From assembly GCA_963733035.1 (NCBI GenBank), contig CAVTBU010000009.1, positions 32,001 through 96,000 on the forward strand: a stretch of 64,000 nt of DNA, given 5' to 3'. Source of the stretch: Pirellulales bacterium (GTDB lineage: Bacteria; Planctomycetota; Planctomycetia; Pirellulales; PALSA-1355). The notes under the pieces were generated by a model that was given only the letters and a program-made list of their open reading frames with translations, made no database searches and had not been told where the DNA came from. Shown piece after piece: positions 41,461-50,073 of this stretch. Both the position numbers and the translations under genes were made by a program. How positions within the stretch are numbered: the first letter of the stretch is position 1; each line of letters begins with the position of its first letter.

Positions 41461-41871
41461 TCAGCTGCCTCGTCCTCGAGAGCCACCACTGCCTCCACTT
41501 CCACCACGACCACCGCCGCCCCCTCCACGACCACCGCCGCCCCCTCCACGGCCACCGCCGCTGGAGCTGCCGCTGCCCGAGCTGCTGGCGCTGCCTGAAC
41601 TTCCACTACCTGCCGAGCTGCTACCTCCCGAACTTCCACTGCCAGAGCTGCTGCTGGCGCTACTGCTCGAGCCGGAACTGCTCGCCGAACTGTTCGAGCC
41701 GCCGAGCTGGTCGGCGGTGTTTTGAAGCGACGTGGCCACAGCGCTACCGACGCTGTTAACAGCACCGATGCCGGCCAGCAGGCCAAGCGAAATTAAGACC
41801 GCATACTCAACGGCCGTGGGTCCGTCTTCAGACTTAAAAAAGCGCCTGCAGTATCGATAAACTCGCAGCAT
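41461..41871 (-). CDS. flp: Flp (type IVb) pilin with a long Ser/Gly/RGG low-complexity tail
   Basis: RFFKSEDG|PTAVEYAVLISLGLLAG is the Flp motif (G-1, E+5, Y+6); about 80 aa of S/G/R follow. Confidence 0.88.
   Translation of the reverse strand: MLRVYRYCRRFFKSEDGPTAVEYAVLISLGLLAGIGAVNSVGSAVATSLQNTADQLGGSNSSASSSGSSSSASSSSGSGSSGGSSSAGSGSSGSASSSGSGSSSGGGRGGGGGGRGGGGGGRGGSGGSGGSRGRGS
41511..41561. repeat. 21-bp tandem repeat (about 2.4 copies) encoding RGGGGGG in the Flp tail
   Basis: caccgccgccccctccacgac / caccgccgccccctccacggc / caccgccgc. Confidence 0.85.
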
Positions 41872-42029
41872 TACTACCTCACAATGCCCAAACGTGTGTC
41901 AGCGCGGGACATAGTAAAGTTAGTGCGAAATGTTCGCTTGCCAGGCTAAAATTGGGAACTATGGCGAGCTAAAAACCGGGCCCCACTTGCATAAAGCGCA
42001 AAACCATCCGTACCGTAACAAAACGACGA

Positions 42030-43436
42030 TCAGAGCGTCTTGAGATACTCCAAGACCGCACGCTTCTCGGTGAGGTCAAGCTGGTCGGGAAACTCGTGAC
42101 CGGCGGCACTCTTGCCCGGAATACCAGAATCGAAATACCGTCGTTTTTCTTCGGCGTCTTGGGCTGACTCGGGCAGCTTGTCGAACGTGGCAATTTCCAG
42201 CCCAACGTGTTCGCGGTCGTAGCCGTCTTCACTGCGCTGCCACACTGCCGGACGTTTGGCAGGATTCAACACGTGCCACAGTGTGGGCACGGACCCATTG
42301 TGGAAATACGGTGCGCTGGCCCAAACACCGTGAAGTGGCGGAGCAACGTACCCTGCGGGCTCTTCGACGACGTCGAGCTTCCCATATTCGCCGAACCAAC
42401 TTTCCTTGTAAAACCGTCGATGCTCGGCCGGCATGCCGATCAATCGCATCTTGTCCGTACCGACAACGTCAATTGGAACCGTCTTCTCAGGATACTCTGC
42501 CTGTGGACCATAGGTTCCATGACAATCGGCGCACACGCGTTCGAACGCCAGGCGCCCCTTGTTTGCCAGAGACTCGTTCACCTCCCAGGGGAACTTCGGC
42601 GCCTCGAGCGATTCGATCCAGGCCAGGATATCGCGAAAACCGTCTTCGCGCTCCTTGAACGATTCGGCGCTGTTGGTTGGTACCAATGCGAATTGCATGA
42701 TCACCCGATGCGTCTTGGGGACAAAGCCGTCGATATACAGGTTCTGCTTGTACTTGACGTTCCAGAACGGCGGGGCGTCGAGGTCGTGATTGCGAAACTT
42801 GGGAAACCGCGGTTGCTTGAGTAGGTTCAGATCTTTATCTCGCAAAGCCGTCAGCACCACGCTAAACACCTGGGCGTTCGTCGTGCCGTTCGAAAGGCCC
42901 AGCGGAATCAGGCCCAGACCGGTCGAGCCCTTTCCCTCAATCGCTCGGCGGGCCTTGTTCACATCGGAAGTCAGCGTCTGAAAGGCGAAGTGGGAGTTCG
43001 GCACACCCCAGATCGCTTGACCGGCGACTTTGCCCTGATGGCATCCCAAACAGTTCATCGACCAGCCACCTTGCCCGTCGTCGACGACTCCCAACGGCGG
43101 GCCATCGGGGTTCTGTGGATCGGCCACCAGCCCGTAGCGCGAAAATGCCATTTTGCGGCGCTCGGCTGGCGAGACTTTCTCGGCCTGCCATTTGAGTTCG
43201 TCAGGCCAGAATTCCCATAGTCGATCGAACAGTTCGACGTTGAACTCGGCGGGTGCATAGGCCTCGTGGCGAAGTCGATAGATTCCGCGCTCGGCGGCGG
43301 TGGCGCTCGGGGGCAAGTCGGCCGTGGCGGCATCCCCGGCCATCACAAAGCGCTCGGTCAAAAGCGTGCAGGTCGCAAGCGCCAGAGCGACCAAGCCCGC
43401 TGAGGAGGGAACTCGACGACCAAAGCAACGTGACAT
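42030..43436 (-). CDS. Diheme c-type cytochrome, RoxA/bCcP-MauG superfamily-like
   Basis: CLGCH and CADCH; YVAPPLHGVWASAPYFHNGSVPTL; C-terminal GH..EKRAVLEYLKTL; signal-like N-terminus. The start is uncertain. Confidence 0.85.
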   Translation of the reverse strand: MSRCFGRRVPSSAGLVALALATCTLLTERFVMAGDAATADLPPSATAAERGIYRLRHEAYAPAEFNVELFDRLWEFWPDELKWQAEKVSPAERRKMAFSRYGLVADPQNPDGPPLGVVDDGQGGWSMNCLGCHQGKVAGQAIWGVPNSHFAFQTLTSDVNKARRAIEGKGSTGLGLIPLGLSNGTTNAQVFSVVLTALRDKDLNLLKQPRFPKFRNHDLDAPPFWNVKYKQNLYIDGFVPKTHRVIMQFALVPTNSAESFKEREDGFRDILAWIESLEAPKFPWEVNESLANKGRLAFERVCADCHGTYGPQAEYPEKTVPIDVVGTDKMRLIGMPAEHRRFYKESWFGEYGKLDVVEEPAGYVAPPLHGVWASAPYFHNGSVPTLWHVLNPAKRPAVWQRSEDGYDREHVGLEIATFDKLPESAQDAEEKRRYFDSGIPGKSAAGHEFPDQLDLTEKRAVLEYLKTL

Positions 43437-44075
43437 GAGCCCCACCCCCTGCATGCGTATGTCGAATGAGAATGGAAACGCAGACCAGCGGCCACTGGTC
43501 CCGGCGACAGGGCCATTGTAATCGCGGCCAGACGATTGCGCCCCGTCTTTGCCCAAAGCACGCCATTTAATATCAGTGGCTCGGTTCGGATTTTTGAGAT
43601 TTGTCGACGGTCCAACATTGTTCGGCCTTGAAAATGGCAACGCTTCATTTCCATGGGACACCGAAAAACCCCCGACCAACTTCGACCTAGTCTCCGCAGT
43701 TTACCTTCTTTGAGCATCAGCCGATCGTCCCCGCGATCCAAACAGAATCCATCGAGCCTAGGATACCGAAAGGGGTGGCTCGACTTCAAACGGGGAAACG
43801 TGGGGAAGGATTTGGCCCGAAGAACAAGGTACAAGCGAAGCTCCGATGAGCTTGTGTCGGCGGTAGTTCTTGCTTGCGGCCATCGGAGCGAAAATCAACG
43901 CAAAATCGCACCTAGGAAAGGCCGCGGTACAATGCCCGAGAGCACACGCTAATTGTCGAAGCCCATTGACGGTCGGCCGTCTGGCTGACGGCAACGACAA
44001 CGACCGCCAAGACGCATGTAGCAACTCGGTTCTTTTGTATGCCAGCTCTCCACCAAAGTTACTTCCAGGTGAACC

Positions 44076-44492
44076 GTGTCCGATGAACAGCCGGCCGATC
44101 TGTCGCCACTCCCGGGCAGGCCTGATCCGTTTCGGCGTCTGATGATGCTCGGGATGTTATGCGGGGCATTGAGCGGCGTGATTGGCGGCGTGCTTCGCGC
44201 CGAAGATCCGCCAGAGGTGCCGCAGCCGCAGGAAAGCGAGTCGCGCTACGGCATTCCCATGCACACGGTGGTTCGCGCGGCGATTGGGGCAGGCGTCGGC
44301 GTGGTGCTGGGGGCGATCGCCGGCGCAACGGCGATTTGCCCGGCTTCAAGAAGCGCGCTGGTTGGGCTATCGGCCGGTCTCATCGGCGGGGCGCTCGGAG
44401 ATCTACTGGGAAACTACGGGCTGCCGTGGGCCTTGGTTGGCGGAATGGCCGGCGGAGCATTCAGCGCCTTCGGCTGGTCGAACGACCGGTAG
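44076..44492 (+). CDS. Small glycine-rich membrane protein
   Basis: 138-aa ORF with about four GxxxG-rich hydrophobic segments; GTG start. Confidence 0.6.
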   Translation: MSDEQPADLSPLPGRPDPFRRLMMLGMLCGALSGVIGGVLRAEDPPEVPQPQESESRYGIPMHTVVRAAIGAGVGVVLGAIAGATAICPASRSALVGLSAGLIGGALGDLLGNYGLPWALVGGMAGGAFSAFGWSNDR

Positions 44493-44637
44493 ATCTGGCG
44501 GAACCGACGGAACGGAAGGCGGCGCGGCGGACTGAGATGCCATCGATTGCTCGCTTCGACATCGTTCGACGCAAAGAAGTGGTTGGGGACGCACGCGGCC
44601 CTCCGTGGGGCAAATGAATACCGACATTACTAGCCGG

Positions 44638-47326
44638 CTACTGGTTGTCTCGCTTGTACATCGCCAGTAGCCCGACGGCCAGCAGGGCCAGCACGGCCGA
44701 CGAGGGCTCGGGCACGGAATAGTTGAGCTGGAGACTGTTGCCGACCTGGCTGACGTAGAAAGTTCCGCCGAAGGGATTGGAGAAGGCCGATGTGTCGACC
44801 GTAAAATGAACCGGGTCGAAGTAAGTGATTCCGCTGCCGGCGGTCAGGAAGGTCCAGTGATAGTCATGTTCGGGATTGAAATCGAAGACGTTGCCCGGTT
44901 CATCCGTTTGGGTCAGTGAGACCAAGTCGATCGTCATGGCGCCGGATACAAACGCCTGACCTTGGCTCATGAGCAGGTTCCATCCGCGTGGCAAGCCGGC
45001 AATACCACCGGCACTATTGATTTCGAACCGATAAGCGCCGTTGTGAAAATTAAGTGCCGCAACCGTCAGCGTACCAGGGGAATCGCCCGGCGAGAGAATG
45101 CCGCCGGTTTGACCAAGCTGGCCCGTAATAATGCCCGATCCGGAGAGAACTCCGTCACTCAATGAGACATAGCCATTGATCAAACCGTCATTAGTCAGGC
45201 TGCCGTCATTGTAGACGTCACTATTAAGCGCTCCGTACAGTTGAACATCGACGGTGCCCCCCGAGTAGTTTTCGACGACGCCGCTTGTGAGCGAAAGAAC
45301 TGCGCCATTCCCAATGGTCAAAGAACCCGTGCTTCCGTGGTGTCCCACTTCGACTTGGCCTTGGCTTATCCACTGTGAATTGTTCCCGTCGATCGTCACG
45401 GTTCCCAAGCCACCACTGCCATCGCCGATGAAAGTATCTTGACTGCTGTTCCAAGTGGCGCCATTGGCAACGAGCAGAGCGCCGAAGGTTTGGTAGCCGA
45501 TCTGCGCGTCAAATAGGGTTGTAAGGTGAGTGCCGGGACCGGACACAGCCATCGTTCCAGTGCCACTGGGCGGCGATACCTGGTCAGAATTGTAGCCAAG
45601 GCGGAGATGGCCGCTGGAGATCGAAGCGCCGCCAGTGGCGACGAATGCACCGGTGCCATTTTGGCCCACGGTAATATTGCCACCCACTAGGGAACCGGAG
45701 CCGTCGACGGTGACCACTCCCTGGGAACCGGCATCCTTTGCGACGTATAAATCGTACGCGCCCAGTTGGCCTCCCTGACTTATCGAAACCTGGCCTGTGC
45801 CGGCCTGGCCAACGGTGATGCCATAGGGTGTCGAGAGTTTTGAGTCGGTGCCGGAGATGATCACGATTCCAGAGCCGCCCTGATTCTGGCCGACGATCAC
45901 CGGATTGCGGACGGTTCCCGTTCCGCCGCCGGTGAGACGCAGCGTCCCGACTCCTGAGGCGCCGAATAGTGAGGTCTTCGAGCGTGAATTGGGAGTTGGC
46001 TCCGTCGACCGCAATCTGCCCGAGAGAACCGGTGTTTTGCCCAGCCACCACAGGAGCGGAAGAGGTGGCGGCACCACCCGTGGTGACGGCCAGCAAGCCG
46101 ATCCCGCTCTGGCCCACCGTGAGGCCGTAAACTGACAACTTTGAGCCACTTCCATCGATCGTGACCATACCTGGCGAGCCTGCGCCCGCACCAACTATGG
46201 TTGCGCCACCGATCGCTGCCGTACCCGCGCCCTTGACTTGCAATGTTCCGGTACCAAGATTTCCGACCGTCATTCCGTGCACGTCTAGAGTCGCGTCGTC
46301 TACAGTAATCTCCCCGTGCGATCCGGCATTTTGGGCGACTAACAGCGGAGCGCCGCTGGTAACCTCTCCGCCACTAGTGATGCTAAGCGATCCGGTACCG
46401 CTCTGCCCCACGGTAACGAGGTTTTGGAGCGACACCTTCGAGCCGCCTCCATCAACGGCGATCACGCCAGAGGAACCAGCGTCCTTGCCAACCACAGCCG
46501 CAGCCGCGATAGTTGCCGATCCGGCGGTGCTTATTTCTAGGCTTCCTTGTCCTCCAGCATCAGTTCCAATAGCGAAAGCGCCTTGGTAGTCCAGCAGATC
46601 GGCGTGGCCTCCGTTGCGGACCGAGAAAGTCCCTTGGCCGGCGGCCCCCACCACGAGAGACCAGGGCTGAGAACCAGTGGGCATCTGAAACGAAGAACCG
46701 GCACCATCAACGGTAACGCTGCCAACTGAGCCGGAGTCCGCGCCAACGGTCACAAACCCTTCAAGTTCAGTCGTCGCGTGGTTCGAGATGGAAAGCGAGC
46801 CTTGGCCTGCTCCACCGATTGTCGCGGAAGTCATGTCGTAGGCATTTGCGTGCGGTACAAGATGTGCATATAGTCCGTCCAGGCCGATACTTCCCTGCGA
46901 CCCAGCGTCCTGGCCAACCATCAACTCTCCGGTGACGTAAGAAGTGCCGCCGAGCGACAGCGAACCGTTGCCTTGCTGGCCCACGGTGAGCCCCGACCCA
47001 AGCACAAAGAAGTTTCCTCCACTGACGGTGCCGTGCGACATCGAGTCTTGCGCGATGATCATGCTGTCGGTTGTTATTCCAGACAAGTCCACGGTGTCAT
47101 TGTTGACAATGAGTTGGCTGACCGAGCCTCCGGCGAAAACAGAGTAACCCGATGAATCCAGATTGAAGATCGCCGTGTCCATCGCGCCGGGTGGACCAGC
47201 CGGATCCCAATTGTCGGCCGTGAAAAAAAACCCAGAGACGGGTGACTTCCAATTGAAATCAGCCGCCAATACGCTTGATTGCCAGCAGCAAAGAAAGGCG
47301 GCAAGAATCCGAACAATGATCTGCAT
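44638..47326 (-). CDS. PEP-CTERM surface protein with T5SS/PEP-CTERM-associated repeats (paralog 3), frameshift near 45965
   Basis: Signal plus AADFNWK; repeats VG..G.G.L.I..GG/G.V.VDG.GS; SPGDSPGTL; VPEPSSAVLALLAVGLL. Two ORFs join on removing 1 nt (about 895 aa). Confidence 0.9.
44662..44779. repeat. 118-bp exact direct repeat of 47407-47524 (PEP-CTERM-coding segment)
   Basis: No mismatch on base-by-base comparison by eye. Confidence 0.9.
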
Positions 47327-47342
47327 CTAAGTTCGCTCTCGC

Positions 47343-47524
47343 TGGTAGGGTTTCAACATGGATGATCACAGCAGTTTTGGGGTCAACGCGCTCGACGTCT
47401 GCGAAACGCCAGTAGCCCGACGGCCAGCAGGGCCAGCACGGCCGACGAGGGCTCGGGCACGGAATAGTTGAGCTGGAGACTGTTGCCGACCTGGCTGACG
47501 TAGAAAGTTCCGCCGAAGGGATTG
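47343..47524. repeat. Direct repeat covering the 3' end of paralog 2 and the downstream intergenic spacer
   Basis: 47343-47505 matches 49911-50073 with 4 mismatches in 163 bp; 47407-47524 equals 44662-44779. Confidence 0.9.
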
Positions 47525-49894
47525 TGAAAGCCGGACGTGTCGATTGCGAAGTGTGCCGGGTCGAATTGCGAGATGCCGGCGTTAGTGGTCAGGAAGGTCC
47601 AGTGGTAGTCGTGGGCCGGATTGAAGTCGAACAGGTCTCCGCGAACGTTCGACTGATTCAAAGAGATCACGTCGAGAGTTATGAAGTCGGAAAGACTCGC
47701 CGTCGACTGGCTGTCGAGCAGACTCCAACCGGTGGGATGGCCGGCTGTACCACCGGCGCTGTTGATTTCAAACTGCAGCGCGCCACCGTAGAGATTGGCC
47801 TGGCCGACGGTGAGCGTCCCTGGGGAGTCACCCGGAGATACCATGCCGGCATATTGAAGCAACGGCCCGTTAATGGTTCCTGTGCCGGTTATGGTGCCTT
47901 CGTTGGCAACCATCCCGTTGATCAGACCGTCGTTGGCAATATCGCCATAGTTGATGATCTGGTATGCGGACAGCGTGCCGTTTTGGATGGTGAGGCTACT
48001 TCCCTTGCCGATCGACGCAATGCCGTGCAGATCCGTGACCTGACCGCCGTCCTTGATTGTCAAAGTACCGATGCCGTGGTTTCCGACGTACAAATTGGAA
48101 GCAACCGACAAGTTTGATCCGGTTCCGCTGATCGTGGCACCCCCGACCGCGCCCGGGGAATCGCCGAGCACGACATTGACACTGTTGACGGTGCCGCCCG
48201 AACCTACATCCAGGGCTCCCGTGCCGCGCTCGCCGACCCGCACGAAGCCGTTGGTGACCGCCACGAGAGATCCCTGGCCGCTCACGGAAATGGCGCCGTG
48301 CGAGCCAGCGTTCGCACCGACAGTGAGATTGGTATGATCCCCGACCAGCGCGCCTGCGCCGGTGACGGAGACTTGCCCCGTACCGTCGTTGCCAACGGTG
48401 AAGTTACTGGAAGAAGAGAGTCGCGAACCCGCGCCGTCGATCGCGACGTTTCCGGATGAACCCGCGTCGCGACCGACCGTGACCGTAGAGCTCGGGCTGA
48501 CGACGGCGCCGCCAGTGACGTTGAAGTTTCCACTACCGCCGGCTGCAACGGCAAGTGTCGTGGCAAATAAATTCGTACCAACTCCGTCGACGTTTATCGT
48601 GCCGAGCGAGCCGGCGTTTTGGCCGACGATAACGGGACTTGCCACGTAGGCCGCGGCTTTGTTGCTGACCGTAAACGTGCCCGCGCCACTCGAGGCCACG
48701 GTTAGTCCCGAGATTTCCTCGCCACCGGCTCCGTAGGAGGCCAACACGGAGTTGGGACCGGTGAGGGTGAAACTTCCTTGCCCGCCGGCGTCGCGGCCCA
48801 CGATGACCTGCGCGCCGAGCAGAGCCTGCGCGCCACCACTTACCGTCATGGCGCCCTGCCCGCCGCCGCCGACGGTAAGCGCAAGATGTCCGCCCGGGCC
48901 GTATCCCGGCAGCAGGGTGGAGTGCTGGCCACTGATGTTCATCATTCCCTGCGCCGGCGTTTTGACCCAACACTAGAGGGCCGGAGAGCTCTGCGGTTGC
49001 TCCGTTGGCGATCGAGAAGGAACCCTGACCAAAGTTCCCGACGGTCACGGACCCAATGCCCGAGCCCCTGGGACCGAGCTCTGATCCACTGCCGTCGACG
49101 GTGATCATTCCCTGCGAGCCGGCGTTTTGACCGACTACCAAGGGACCGGTCAGCAAGGCACTTGATCCGCGGCTGATCGCCAGCGAGCCTTGGCCCGAGT
49201 TGCCCACCGTGGCGGAGGTCATCGTTGCGCCGCCATAACCCGGCGAGGCAAGCGTCGACTGACCGTCGACGGTGACGGTCCCCCGCGAGCCGGCCTCTTT
49301 GGCGATCATCAGAGGTCCAGCCAGGTACGCCCTGCCATTCGAGGAAATTGCAAGCGTTCCCTGGCCCGAGCCGCCAACCGTCGCGGAGGTCATTTCATAG
49401 GAACCGAAGCCGGGCGACTCGAGGGTGCTGTCGTCGACGCTGATGATGCCCAACGAAGCGGTATCCTGCCCCATAGTCAAATTGCCGGCAATGTCTGCGC
49501 TCGCACCGGGGCCGAGCATTAGCGAGCCATTGCCGCTCTGGCCGACGGTGAGTCCCGTGCCGAGCACCGACAGATCGGTTGCCGTGACAACGGCGCTGGA
49601 CGCCGGACCTTCGCCGATGGTGGCACTGCCGGTCGTGATATCAGCATTCAAGTTGACGACGTCGTTGTTGACGGTCAGCTGCAGGATGTTCCCCCCGCCG
49701 AAAACGGTGTATCCGGCCGAACTGAGATCAAAGATGGCGGAATCGTTGACACCGGGAATACCGCTCGGCTGCCAACTGATCGGCGCGCTGAATAGACCGG
49801 AGACGGGTGCCTTCCAATTGAAATCAGCGGCAAAGGCACGCGTGTTTGCCACTAGCAAGGAAAGCCCGATAAGAATCCGAATGCTGGTGTGCAT
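47383..49894 (-). CDS. PEP-CTERM repeat surface protein (paralog 2), frameshift near 48950
   Basis: MHTSIRILIGLSLL..AADFNWK; same repeats; VPEPSSAVLALLAVGLLAFRRRRAR. A 2-nt loss is evident relative to the sister repeat near 49110 (about 837 aa when repaired). Confidence 0.9.
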
Positions 49895-49910
49895 ATAAAG
49901 TCGCCCTCGT

Positions 49911-50073
49911 TGGTAGGGTTTCAACATGGATGATCGCAGCAGTTTTGGGGTCAACGCGCTCGACGTCTGCGAAACGCCAGCAGCCCGACGGCCAGCAGGG
50001 CCAGCACGGCCGACGAGGGCTCGGGCACGGAGTAATTGAGCTGGAGACTGTTGCCGACCTGGCTGACGTAGAA
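49911..50073. repeat. Direct repeat covering the 3' end of paralog 1 and the downstream intergenic spacer
   Basis: Matches 47343-47505 with 4 mismatches. Confidence 0.9.

Noticed and set aside
43437..44075. Long intergenic region as a possible ncRNA
   Set aside because: No recognisable tRNA, riboswitch or strong structure by eye; consistent with a divergent promoter region.
44662..50073. Spaced direct repeats as a CRISPR array or IS ends
   Set aside because: They are 118-163 bp long, about 2.6-2.7 kb apart and encode PEP-CTERM anchors; no cas or transposase gene is present.
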